Position numbers and translations under genes: made by a program. The notes under the pieces were generated by a model. That model did not search any database, was not told where the DNA came from, and saw only the letters and a list, made by a program, of their open reading frames with translations. A DNA stretch of 64,000 nt from an uncultured Gammaproteobacteria bacterium. GTDB taxonomy: Bacteria; Patescibacteriota; Microgenomatia; UBA8517. Positions 48,537 through 57,401 of this stretch are shown one piece after another (within the stretch, counting starts at the first letter, position 1; each line of letters opens with the position of its first letter). The stretch is taken from the NCBI GenBank assembly GCA_964427735.1, contig CAYRUS010000001.1:537373-601372 (forward strand), read 5' to 3'.

Positions 48537-50309
48537 ATGAAATTAACTTGGTATAATGTGTTTGCCTTTACTTGGATAAATAAACTGCCAATGGGTTTAA
48601 TAGCCAAAATTCAAAAAAGTACAACCAATAAGTCTAAATTATTATTTATCTTAATATTTTTGACAATTGGTGCTTGGGTATTACAGACGCGAGTGATTGC
48701 AAGTCATTGTTCCTCAACAGATTATGATTGTCAGATTTCTGAAATTCAGAAAGAAATTGATGCATTAACACCTGCTCATGAACAAAATAAAAAAGAATTA
48801 GATAGCACCAACAAGCAAGTCACATCAATAAATGCACGAATATCAGGAATAGATAATGATCTCAAGCTCTTAGAAGAAGATATAAAAAGGAGGGAAAAAG
48901 AGCTAGGTTATGCTACAGAAGTATTTAACTCCAAGGCAGACAGCCACTATCGTTTGTTAAGACTATACGATCCTTTGATTCCATTCTTGTCTTCCAATGA
49001 TGCGAGTGAGGCTTTTATTCAAATTAATATTCGCTCAAGAACAATTGATGATAACCGTAAAACGATGGAGAAGTATGTAGATGAAATTCTTTCGTTAAAT
49101 AAAGATAAAGAATCATTAAAATCAAACCAAGAAAATTTAGCATCTTTAAAATCAAAAATGGCAGGCAGAGCTGAATTTTTGGAGGGAGAAGTAGAAAAAG
49201 TTGAAAGTTACTTAACAACTTTATCATCTAAACAACAAGAGTTAGCTGCACTAAAGGCCGCTGGGTTTCAAACGTCAATTGGTGATACTCCACCTACACT
49301 TGAACCATGTTCAGGACCTCCAGGGTCAAGTAATTTTTGTGATCCAGGCTTTAGACCAGCATTTGCAGCATTTTCTTTTGGTGCTCCTCATAGAACAGGA
49401 ATGAGTCAGTATGGAGCATATGGGCGGTCAAAATCAGGACAATCAGCAGAACAGATTTTAGCAGCTTATTACCAAGGAGGAGAATTAAACAAAGGCTATC
49501 CAGTCCCTGCTACTATAAACGTGAGCGGGTATGGTGCAATTTCCTTTGAAGAAAATTATCTAATGGGAATTCACGAAGTTCCAGAGAGTTGGGGCAATAA
49601 TGGAGGTTTTGAAGCTTTAAAGGCGCAAGCAGTAGCAGCTAGGAGCTATGCTTTAGCGGTCACAAATAATGGAGCAGGTACAATTTGCCCTACGGAAAGT
49701 TGTCAGGTATACAAACCAACTCTAAAAAGTGGTAAATGGGCAGAAGCTGTTCGAGCAACAAGAGGTTGGGTAATAACAAAAGGTGGAAAACCTGCTTCAA
49801 CATATTATGCATCTACTTCAGGTGGATATACAGTTTCTCAGTGGGGTTGGAGTGGAATAAAAGACGCAGCAGGAGATTGGCCAGGAACAGCCTATGAAAA
49901 AATATCAGGTTCCCCATGGTTTTATAAAGGTTGGTACAAAAGCAGAGGTGGAGCCACATGCGGTAAAAGCCATCCTTGGCTTACTTCAAAAGAAATGGCT
50001 GATATATTGAATGCGAGACATGTATTGGATGGTAAAGGTGGAGATGCAGGAAGAATTTCACCTGTTGATACAGGATGTTGGGGAGGAAATCCTTACTCTA
50101 TGGATGAACTTGCCTCAATTGGAGGTTACACTTCAGTATCTTCTGTGTCTGTTGTTTATGGTAATGACGGTTCTACTCAATCGGTTACCTTCTCAACAAA
50201 CAAAGGCAGTGTTAACATTTCTGGAGGTGCACTAAAAGAAGCCTTTAATCTACGAGCACCAGGGTATATAGGTATAAAAAGTTCTCTTTTCAATATTGAA
50301 AAAATTTAA
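48537..50309 (+). CDS. SpoIID/LytB-domain protein (lytic transglycosylase/amidase enhancer) with an N-terminal TM and coiled-coil
   Basis: 590 aa. GMSQYGAYGRSKSGQSAEQILAAYYQG is the SpoIID signature. An N-terminal TM plus ~200-aa coiled coil precede it. Confidence 0.7.
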   Translation: MKLTWYNVFAFTWINKLPMGLIAKIQKSTTNKSKLLFILIFLTIGAWVLQTRVIASHCSSTDYDCQISEIQKEIDALTPAHEQNKKELDSTNKQVTSINARISGIDNDLKLLEEDIKRREKELGYATEVFNSKADSHYRLLRLYDPLIPFLSSNDASEAFIQINIRSRTIDDNRKTMEKYVDEILSLNKDKESLKSNQENLASLKSKMAGRAEFLEGEVEKVESYLTTLSSKQQELAALKAAGFQTSIGDTPPTLEPCSGPPGSSNFCDPGFRPAFAAFSFGAPHRTGMSQYGAYGRSKSGQSAEQILAAYYQGGELNKGYPVPATINVSGYGAISFEENYLMGIHEVPESWGNNGGFEALKAQAVAARSYALAVTNNGAGTICPTESCQVYKPTLKSGKWAEAVRATRGWVITKGGKPASTYYASTSGGYTVSQWGWSGIKDAAGDWPGTAYEKISGSPWFYKGWYKSRGGATCGKSHPWLTSKEMADILNARHVLDGKGGDAGRISPVDTGCWGGNPYSMDELASIGGYTSVSSVSVVYGNDGSTQSVTFSTNKGSVNISGGALKEAFNLRAPGYIGIKSSLFNIEKI

Positions 50310-50485
50310 GTTTGAAAAAGTAAAAACAAGAAGTTTGATATATCTTTGTTACACAAATAATTTATTTTAGTAATTCTAATTTTTTGAAATCCATCTGATT
50401 TTGGCTTTATAAATTTGTATCTTTCTCTGTCTAAGCTTGTGATATAATTATGGGAAGGTAGCAAGCTACTATAAATTATAGAAAC

Positions 50486-51187
50486 ATGCCTGACATTTAC
50501 ATTTCAGACAAAACTAAGAAAGAGGATAATATAAAAAAAGATATTGAACCGAAAATAAGTAAAGAAGACGATATAGAAAAATCTTCTGAAGAAACCCAAG
50601 AAGAGATTTTACTAGAAAAAGGAGAGGGAAACGGACTATTGTCTTCATTTTTGTACTATCCAGAAAATGCACATTTTCGAACACAGGATCCAGAAGAGAA
50701 AATTGTTCTTTTATTAAGACGCCACTTTATAACAAATATTCCTTGGATATTAATTTCTTTATTTATGTTTTTGGTTCCTTCTATTCTGTCCGAGCTAAAT
50801 GTAATCAATGTTGTTCCTCAAAGATTTCAAACTGTTATTCTTTTAATTTGGTATTTGTTTTCTATGGCTTACTTTTATGAGAAATTTTTAAGTTGGTATT
50901 TTCAGGTTGCTATTGTTACTGATGAAAGAGTGGTGGATGTAGATTTTGTTAGTTTAACGTATAGAGAAATGACAGCTGCAAAAATTGATATGATTCAGGA
51001 TATAACTGTGCAAATGGGAGGGCTATTTCAATCAACGTTTAATTATGGAAGTGTAAACATTCAAACAGCTTCAGAAAGGCCAATGATTGAATTCCATAAT
51101 GTACCAAAACCAGATGCAGTGGCTAGGATTTTAAGGCGATTGGTAGTGGAAGAGGAGCAGGAAAAAATAGAAGGGAGAGTAAGATAA
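50486..51187 (+). CDS. membrane protein with a bacterial PH-like (YdbS/YdbT-type) domain
   Basis: 233 aa with two TM helices followed by a ~100-aa domain. The architecture matches the bPH_2 family. This is a tentative assignment. Confidence 0.4.
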   Translation: MPDIYISDKTKKEDNIKKDIEPKISKEDDIEKSSEETQEEILLEKGEGNGLLSSFLYYPENAHFRTQDPEEKIVLLLRRHFITNIPWILISLFMFLVPSILSELNVINVVPQRFQTVILLIWYLFSMAYFYEKFLSWYFQVAIVTDERVVDVDFVSLTYREMTAAKIDMIQDITVQMGGLFQSTFNYGSVNIQTASERPMIEFHNVPKPDAVARILRRLVVEEEQEKIEGRVR

Positions 51188-51424
51188 ATGCAAAGAATAC
51201 AACAAGATTACTTTGATCTTTACCCAATCCTTTGGACAGTTGTAAAGGGATTTTTGCTGGTTTCCGTTTTTATTTACATAATATTTGCCTTTATGGTTAT
51301 TAGACAAGTTAAATTAATGACAGATACTCTGGAAGTTGGTTATGAAACTCCACTTAAGATTTTTTCCTATGTTCATTTTATTTTTGCAGTCGGGATTTTT
51401 GTGTATGCGTTTATGACTTTGTAA
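51188..51424 (+). CDS. small two-TM membrane protein
   Basis: 78 aa. It starts 1 nt after the previous stop. Confidence 0.35.
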   Translation: MQRIQQDYFDLYPILWTVVKGFLLVSVFIYIIFAFMVIRQVKLMTDTLEVGYETPLKIFSYVHFIFAVGIFVYAFMTL

Positions 51425-51480
51425 ATGAAATATACTACTATTACTGCCTGAAAATGTTACACTTGGAACAGTCGGTTTAA

Positions 51481-53364
51481 ATGTTAAAAATAAACACCTT
51501 TAAGTTCACGGCTAGTCCGGATGAAGGTGGCTGGAGCCAGGTGCACGATTTCACTCCGGATGACTCGTTAACTCAACAAAAACGCGGAAGACTTATTGCT
51601 GTAATTTCTATGCGTCCAAACGATGAGAATGTTTCTCTTGGTGTGGATGCAGTTGCACTTGGAAGAGAAATAATAACAAGGTTTCAGGAAGAATATTTTA
51701 AAGAATCATCTTTAACCACATACAATGCACTTAAAAATTCAGTTGAGAAAATATCAAATGAATTTAGCAAAGACGGTGAGGTGCAAATTGCTGCAGGGGT
51801 AGTTAAGAACAATGTGTTGTATACCGCTGCGGCTGGAGGAGGAAGAGTATCTATTGTTCGTAAGAATTTACTTGCTTCTATACTAAATAGTACAAAAGAG
51901 CAGTCTATAGCAGCATCCGGTTACCCTAAAAATTCTGATAGAGTTATTTTTGCTACTGGTACTTTTTTTGAAATTTTTGCAGAAGGAACTCTTAATGCTG
52001 CTTTCCAAAAAGATAGTGTTGAGGAAGCTCTGGAAAGTCTTGCTCCTACAATGCACAATATTAGTAAAAAGGGTAGTGCAGGAGCTGTTGTATTAGAATT
52101 TTTTGAGGTACAAGAACAAATAGAAAGTATTGAGAATACTAAAGTTGAAGAGTTTATTGCCACACAAGAGAAGGTATCGTTTTTACCTAAGGAAGGAGCT
52201 CTAAATAGATTAAAAAGCAAAATTACTTCATCTTTTCCTAGTAGAAGTTTATATGTAAAAAGAGAAACCCCAGAGGAAGTAGGGAAACGCAAAAAAGTAA
52301 CATTAGTAATTGGTGTTGCTCTTTTATTGTTGTTGATTGCGAGTATTTTCTTAGGTCTTAGACAAAAGAAGACTCAAGAAAAAGAAAATTTGTTTAGTGA
52401 ACGACTAAATCAGGCACAACATCAACTAGATGAAGCAGAAAAGATTGCTCCACTAAACCCTACTAGAGCTCGTGAGTTATTTACACAAAGCAGGGAGACT
52501 GTTTTAGGTTTAAGCAGTGAAGGAATAGAAACAGAAAGGCTTACCGCCATGCTTGATACCATTGAACAAAAAGAACTAGAAATTTTAGGAGAGAGAAGTA
52601 TACAGTCTGATTTGTTTGTAGATTTATCATTACTGACGGAAGGCTTTGATGGAAACAACTTAGTTTACAGTCAAGGAATTATTTATGTTTTAGATGAAAA
52701 AAGTAAAAAAATAATTGAAGTAGTTACTGATTCAAAGCGTTCAAGAGTAGTTGCAGGTCCAAATGATTTAGAGGGAGTACGAAGTATTGCTTCGTATGTT
52801 GATATCCTTTATGTAGAAAAAAATGATGGAATTTATAATGTTAGCAGCAATGACCGTTTGATTGATAATAAATGGTCTTCAGGTAGTTTATTACATGCTT
52901 ATAGCGGTAATTTATATATTCTAGATCAACAAAATTCCGATATTCTTCGTTATACTCGGGCTGAAAATGGTTTTGGAACTGGAAACTCTTGGTTCCCTAC
53001 AGGTATTAATAGAGATTTGAGTTCAGCCATTGATTGGAGTATTGATGGTGCTATATGGGTCTTAACAGACAAGGGAGAGGTGCAAAAGTTTACAAACGGA
53101 ATTCCTCAAAATTTTAGTTTAGCGTCTGTTTATCCAGACCCTGAAAAACTATCCCAAATATATACTGATGAAGATACAAATAATCTATATTTATTAGACT
53201 CACAACTGGGTAGGATATTTGTGTTTGATAAAGAAGGTGCCTACATAGCACAATATGTTGATGAAAAAATAAAAGACGCAAAAGGACTGTCAGTCTCAGA
53301 AAAGCAAGGAAAAATAATATTTCTTACAGGAAAAACTCTTCAATCAATAGATATAAAGCATTAA
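51481..53364 (+). CDS. hypothetical bitopic protein (cytoplasmic N-domain, central TM, extracytoplasmic beta-rich C-domain)
   Basis: 627 aa. The TM is VTLVIGVALLLLLIASIFLGL. The C-terminal half has repeated hydrophobic/Gly-Asp patterns suggestive of a beta-propeller. Confidence 0.45.
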   Translation: MLKINTFKFTASPDEGGWSQVHDFTPDDSLTQQKRGRLIAVISMRPNDENVSLGVDAVALGREIITRFQEEYFKESSLTTYNALKNSVEKISNEFSKDGEVQIAAGVVKNNVLYTAAAGGGRVSIVRKNLLASILNSTKEQSIAASGYPKNSDRVIFATGTFFEIFAEGTLNAAFQKDSVEEALESLAPTMHNISKKGSAGAVVLEFFEVQEQIESIENTKVEEFIATQEKVSFLPKEGALNRLKSKITSSFPSRSLYVKRETPEEVGKRKKVTLVIGVALLLLLIASIFLGLRQKKTQEKENLFSERLNQAQHQLDEAEKIAPLNPTRARELFTQSRETVLGLSSEGIETERLTAMLDTIEQKELEILGERSIQSDLFVDLSLLTEGFDGNNLVYSQGIIYVLDEKSKKIIEVVTDSKRSRVVAGPNDLEGVRSIASYVDILYVEKNDGIYNVSSNDRLIDNKWSSGSLLHAYSGNLYILDQQNSDILRYTRAENGFGTGNSWFPTGINRDLSSAIDWSIDGAIWVLTDKGEVQKFTNGIPQNFSLASVYPDPEKLSQIYTDEDTNNLYLLDSQLGRIFVFDKEGAYIAQYVDEKIKDAKGLSVSEKQGKIIFLTGKTLQSIDIKH

Positions 53365-53412
53365 GCATACAGACTATTTGGGGATTTAAAATTATTACTC
53401 TACAATATAAGC

Positions 53413-53841
53413 ATGAAAATTATAAATAAAAAAGCAAAATTTCTATATTCTCTTGAAGAAGAGTATGAAGCAGGTTTGGTTCTGACAGGGGCTGAAGTCA
53501 GAGCTGTAAAAAACGGTAGAGCAAACATTTCTCAAGCTGTAGCTAGAATTATGGATACAGAAGCATATCTTATTAATGCAGATATTGTTGTTGATAATAT
53601 CCCAGGATACCAATCAAAACGAATAAGAAAGCTTCTTCTTCATAAAGATCAGATAATATCAATAAAGTCCAAAATTAAGGCAAAAAAATTGACTTTAGTG
53701 CCTCTTTCATTGTATACTAAGGGCCGTTTGGTAAAGGTTAAATTAGCCTTAGGTAAGGAAAAAAGACGTTATCAAAAAAGAGAAGCAATACGACAACGAG
53801 ACATAGAGCGCGAGATGAAAAGAGAACTTAAAAATAGATAA
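53413..53841 (+). CDS. smpB: SsrA-binding protein SmpB
   Basis: 142 aa. ...GLVLTGAEVRAVKNGRANISQA... and the basic C-terminal tail match SmpB. It sits directly upstream of the tmRNA. Confidence 0.9.
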   Translation: MKIINKKAKFLYSLEEEYEAGLVLTGAEVRAVKNGRANISQAVARIMDTEAYLINADIVVDNIPGYQSKRIRKLLLHKDQIISIKSKIKAKKLTLVPLSLYTKGRLVKVKLALGKEKRRYQKREAIRQRDIEREMKRELKNR

Positions 53842-53902
53842 GTAAGTCTAAACTACTAAGCTCTAAAAATTATTTAGATTTTGGTAATTTAGAGTTTAAG
53901 CT

Positions 53903-54274
53903 GGGGACGCATTAGGTTTCGACGAGATGGCTCTTTTAAAGATTGCAAGCAGACGGATGTCAGTATACGTCTTTAATCACACTGGCAAACACAAAAAGCG
54001 TCACTAAAAATAGCGCTCCTAAATACGCTGTAGCTTACGCGTAAAAAGGTGTCTTGTTGATTACGTTTTCCGACCGAATCATCAGGGCATAAACCTAGTC
54101 GGAACGCACACAAGTCTTGGTGAGCTTTGCAAGCTTGTGCTAAGAATTTTAAAGCTTGTCTTTTCTCGTCCTTCCGATGGGTAAGAGTAAAGCACTACAA
54201 AATATCGGATAAGCTTGTAGAAATCTTTATTGAGAAAATTTCGGACGAGGGTTCGACTCCCTCCGTCTCCACCA
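53903..54274 (+). ncRNA. ssrA: tmRNA (ssrA), standard one-piece
   Basis: It starts GGGGACGCATTAGGTTTCGACG and ends ...GGACGAGGGTTCGACTCCCTCCGTCTCCACCA (tRNA-Ala-like acceptor/T-arm with encoded CCA). The candidate tag reading frame is GCA AAC ACA AAA AGC GTC ACT AAA AAT AGC GCT CCT AAA TAC GCT GTA GCT TAC GCG TAA, giving (A)NTKSVTKNSAPKYAVAYA*. Boundaries are +/- 2 nt. Confidence 0.85.
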
Positions 54275-54324
54275 ATAATAAAAGCCCTTTTAAAAGGGCT
54301 TTTTTAGTTTGATAAACTGAATTA

Positions 54325-55005
54325 ATGTCAGTGATTGATCTTTTTTACCCCAAGAATTGTTTGGAATGCAAGAAACCTGGCAGCTATATTTGCTTAGAAT
54401 GTGTAAGTAAAGTTAATAATCCAAAATTAATATGTATGGAATGCAAAAAAGCTTCTATAGATGGGATGACGCACACCAAATGCAAGCGTCCCTGGGGAGG
54501 TGACAGATTAATATCGATTTGGGAGTATAACGGTATCATCAGGCAATCCCTACTTAAATTAAAATATAATTTCGCCTTTGATATCGCTAAAGAATTATCT
54601 GAAAAAGCAATTTTAGAAATTGAGAAACAAAAAATTATATTTCCAGAAAAAGCAATACTGATACCAATACCTTTGCACAAAAGGCGTCAAAACTGGCGTG
54701 GATTCAATCAAACTGAGGAGATAGGAAAACTACTAGCAAGTAAGTTTAAATGGAGGTTTAGCAGTAAACTTATAACTAGAAAAGAATACCGCACTCCACA
54801 AACTGAGCTCAAAAAAAGTGAGAGAAAGGAAAACATTAAAGGTGTATTTCATTTTAATCTAGGCAGCGGTAATAATGCGATAAAAAATGCGGAAATTATT
54901 ATTTTTGATGATGTTTATACTACAGGCTCGACAACGAAGGAGGTCATTACCGTGCTGAAGAGGAATGGATTTAGGAAAGTTATTGGCTTAACGATAGCCA
55001 GGTAA
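54325..55005 (+). CDS. comFC: ComF-family protein (double zinc ribbon + phosphoribosyltransferase domain)
   Basis: An N-terminal CxxC...CxxC is followed by the C-terminal PRTase motif IIIFDDVYTTGSTTKE. Confidence 0.75.
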   Translation: MSVIDLFYPKNCLECKKPGSYICLECVSKVNNPKLICMECKKASIDGMTHTKCKRPWGGDRLISIWEYNGIIRQSLLKLKYNFAFDIAKELSEKAILEIEKQKIIFPEKAILIPIPLHKRRQNWRGFNQTEEIGKLLASKFKWRFSSKLITRKEYRTPQTELKKSERKENIKGVFHFNLGSGNNAIKNAEIIIFDDVYTTGSTTKEVITVLKRNGFRKVIGLTIAR

Positions 55006-55010
55006 AAATG

Positions 55011-55098
55011 CGGTGAGGGTGGGATTCGAACCCACGGTAGCCTAAAAGACTACATTGGTTTTCAAGACCAACCCGATCGTCCGCTCTGGCACCTCACC
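55011..55098 (-). tRNA. tRNA-Ser (anticodon UGA), type II with long variable arm
   Basis: Reverse complement GGTGAGGTGCCAGAGCGGACGATCGGGTTGGTCTTGAAAACCAATGTAGTCTTTTAGGCTACCGTGGGTTCGAATCCCACCCTCACCG. The anticodon loop is CTTGAAA. Boundaries are +/- 2 nt. Confidence 0.8.
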
Positions 55099-55154
55099 TA
55101 AAAACACAATTTTGAATATATATAAAAGTACAGTTGTATATCGCCTGAAAATAA

Positions 55155-55241
55155 TGGCGGAGGGTGCGGGAGTCGAACCCACCTGACGCGCAAACGCCAT
55201 GGTTTAGCAAACCATTCCCTGAGCCGTTCGGGATACCCTCC
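55155..55241 (-). tRNA. tRNA-Ser (anticodon GCU), type II, CCA encoded
   Basis: Reverse complement GGAGGGTATCCCGAACGGCTCAGGGAATGGTTTGCTAAACCATGGCGTTTGCGCGTCAGGTGGGTTCGACTCCCGCACCCTCCGCCA. The anticodon loop is TTGCTAA. Confidence 0.8.
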
Positions 55242-55315
55242 AAAACTGGATCTATTATACCAAATTAGCTTGATTATCGAAATCTCAATATCTTTGACTA
55301 ATTTACCTGATTATT

Positions 55316-55915
55316 ATGTATAATAAAAATATGGCTAAATCAAATAATCCACCAAAAAATGAAAATGTACAATCTTCAGAGGTTATTGCTAATCAAGATA
55401 ATCAGCAAGATTTTGATATAAAGCCACAACCAAGAAATACACCCGAGAAAGTGCTGTTTTCTTGGAAAGCTCCAGCAAGACCTTTTAAAAGACGAGATAG
55501 GGAATTTTGGGTTACTGCTGTTGCAATCGCTTTTATTGTTGGTTTGATTTTGCTTATTGTGGAAGGCTTTATGCCGGTGTTGCTTGTGATATCACTTGTT
55601 TTTCTTTTTTATGTGATGAACACCGTAGAGCCAGATATAATTGACTATGAAATTACAAACAAAGGAGTTAAGGTTGCAGGTAAAACTACAAGTTGGGACT
55701 TATTTACCAGGTTTTGGTTTAGCCGTAGGTTCCATTCAGATCTTATTATCTTTGAAATGATTGTTTTACCCGGACGTATGGAGTTAGTTTCTGAAGGCAT
55801 AGACAAAAAAGCACTCGAAGAGATTATTAGTGAGTATATTCCTCATGAAGAAGTACCTCCATCAAATCTTGATAAACTTGCCAACAGGCTCTCTAAAAAT
55901 CTTCCTGGGAACTAA
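55316..55915 (+). CDS. hypothetical two-TM membrane protein
   Basis: 199 aa with an N-terminal polar region, a TM hairpin (VTAVAIAFIVGLILLIVEGFMPVLLVISLVFLFYV) and a C-terminal soluble domain. Confidence 0.45.
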   Translation: MYNKNMAKSNNPPKNENVQSSEVIANQDNQQDFDIKPQPRNTPEKVLFSWKAPARPFKRRDREFWVTAVAIAFIVGLILLIVEGFMPVLLVISLVFLFYVMNTVEPDIIDYEITNKGVKVAGKTTSWDLFTRFWFSRRFHSDLIIFEMIVLPGRMELVSEGIDKKALEEIISEYIPHEEVPPSNLDKLANRLSKNLPGN

Positions 55916-55971
55916 ATAGCCTCGATATTTAAACACAGAAAAGGTATAATTAGCCAAGATTTTGATGTAAT

Positions 55972-56044
55972 GCTCTCGTAGCTCAATGGATAGAGCGTTG
56001 GATTGCGGATCCAAAGGCTAGAGGTTCGACTCCTCTCGGGAGCA
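55972..56044 (+). tRNA. tRNA-Arg (anticodon read as GCG; could equally be annotated ACG-type family)
   Basis: GCTCTCGTAGCTCAATGGATAGAGCGTTGGATTGCGGATCCAAAGGCTAGAGGTTCGACTCCTCTCGGGAGCA. The anticodon stem is TTGGA/TCCAA and the loop is TTGCGGA. It is preceded by a TATAAT box. Confidence 0.65.
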
Positions 56045-56131
56045 CAAAAATTACTAATTCATAATGCATATTTCACAAAGCATATAAATTAGGTTTTATG
56101 CATTATATTGTGTATTTTTTATCTTGGTACA

Positions 56132-56216
56132 GGAGGGTTGGCAGAGTGGACAAATGCACGGGCCTCGAAATCCCGAGGGATTTATCCCTACACAGGTTCG
56201 AATCCTGTACCCTCCG
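56132..56216 (+). tRNA. tRNA-Ser (anticodon CGA), type II
   Basis: GGAGGGTTGGCAGAGTGGACAAATGCACGGGCCTCGAAATCCCGAGGGATTTATCCCTACACAGGTTCGAATCCTGTACCCTCCG. It has a 3-bp D-stem with a long D-loop, an anticodon loop CTCGAAA and a long variable stem AGGGAT/ATCCCT. Confidence 0.7.
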
Positions 56217-56364
56217 CAAAAAAGTTTAAATACTTCACTTGATTAGGATCAAAAAGCTCATATAACCGGATCCAATAACCTTAAGCAGGTTAAAAAGATT
56301 TAGCCTTTATTTACCCTTACTTTAGCCTGTTTTAATAATCTCACACTTTTGGTATAATAGTCCT

Positions 56365-56835
56365 ATGGCTACAGACATAATTGATAAGAATCTTGTGTTA
56401 ATCTCAGCTCCAATTGTATTCAGAAAAGAAAAAGGTATCGAAGGTAAATGGCTTATAGTCAAGTTAAATGAAGATGACGGCTGGGAATTTCCAAAAGTTG
56501 TTGTTAGGAAAGGTGAATCTTCTGTAAGAGCAGCAATTCGAGTGATGGGAGAAAAGGCAAATTTGGACGGCCGCGTGATTGAAGAAGCAGGAAGAGTTGG
56601 TGGTGCAACTACTATTAATGGTAAAACTTCTCCTAAACGTACGCTTTATTATGTAATGCTAGAAAAATCGTCAGGAGAGATTATTGGTTTTTCTGAGTAC
56701 GAATGGTTGACTTATGCAAGTGCTGTAAGAAAGCTTTCTTCAAAAACAGAAAGAAAGATGTTAAAAGTAGCTAGAGAAGAAATGGAGAAATTCTTAAAGG
56801 AGAGAAAAAGGAGAAAAGAACAGGAAGAAGAGTAA
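56365..56835 (+). CDS. hypothetical protein, weak Nudix-like box
   Basis: 156 aa. GWEFPKVVVRKGESSVRAAIRVMGEKANL loosely follows Gx5Ex7REUxEExGU, but the REU/EE positions are degenerate. Confidence 0.3.
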   Translation: MATDIIDKNLVLISAPIVFRKEKGIEGKWLIVKLNEDDGWEFPKVVVRKGESSVRAAIRVMGEKANLDGRVIEEAGRVGGATTINGKTSPKRTLYYVMLEKSSGEIIGFSEYEWLTYASAVRKLSSKTERKMLKVAREEMEKFLKERKRRKEQEEE

Positions 56836-56892
56836 TTTAATTGCTCCACTAAATTCTGGTTAATTGACAATTGTTACCCTATAATATATAAT

Positions 56893-57354
56893 ATGTTTAT
56901 GGAAGAGTTACCATTCTCTGAGGAAGCTTGCATTAGAATTCCTAATAATCCCGCCGAAACTGCTATTTCACCAGAAACTGAGAAAATCAAGTTGGCCCAT
57001 TTGTTTGTAGCAGTGGCCGAATTACTAACTTTTGAAAATACAGATCTTTATGCAAAATGGATAAAATACGGTGCTTATGCAGCACGTCTTTATCAAGATG
57101 CATTGAGGGAAGGTAATGATTATTTGGTTGGTAGGTTAAAAACGGAGTTTTTAGAAATTAAAGACCATGTAAAAAGATCAAATCCTACAGATCCAAATAC
57201 CGAAGTGCCAAGCGAATTTGAAATCAGCTCCAATATTACAGAGAATAGGCCCCTGTACTGTTGTTTACTAGTCTTTGCTGCTGGTATACATGCTGAAAGG
57301 GAAGAAGTTCATTTTCTTAATAAGATTGAACAGCTATGTGATATTTTCTCCTAA
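56893..57354 (+). CDS. hypothetical protein (paralogue A of a tandem pair)
   Basis: 153 aa. The C-terminus ...YCCLLVFAAGIHAEREEVHFLNKIEQLCDIF is shared with the next ORF. Confidence 0.45.
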   Translation: MFMEELPFSEEACIRIPNNPAETAISPETEKIKLAHLFVAVAELLTFENTDLYAKWIKYGAYAARLYQDALREGNDYLVGRLKTEFLEIKDHVKRSNPTDPNTEVPSEFEISSNITENRPLYCCLLVFAAGIHAEREEVHFLNKIEQLCDIFS

Positions 57355-57401
57355 GAACAATTTTTCCTAATTTACATATACTTCAAAGATTTATATTAAG
57401 A

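Noticed and set aside
54127-54312. 61-aa ORF in the ORF track
   Set aside because: It lies entirely inside the tmRNA gene (tRNA-like 3' domain), so it is a spurious ORF.
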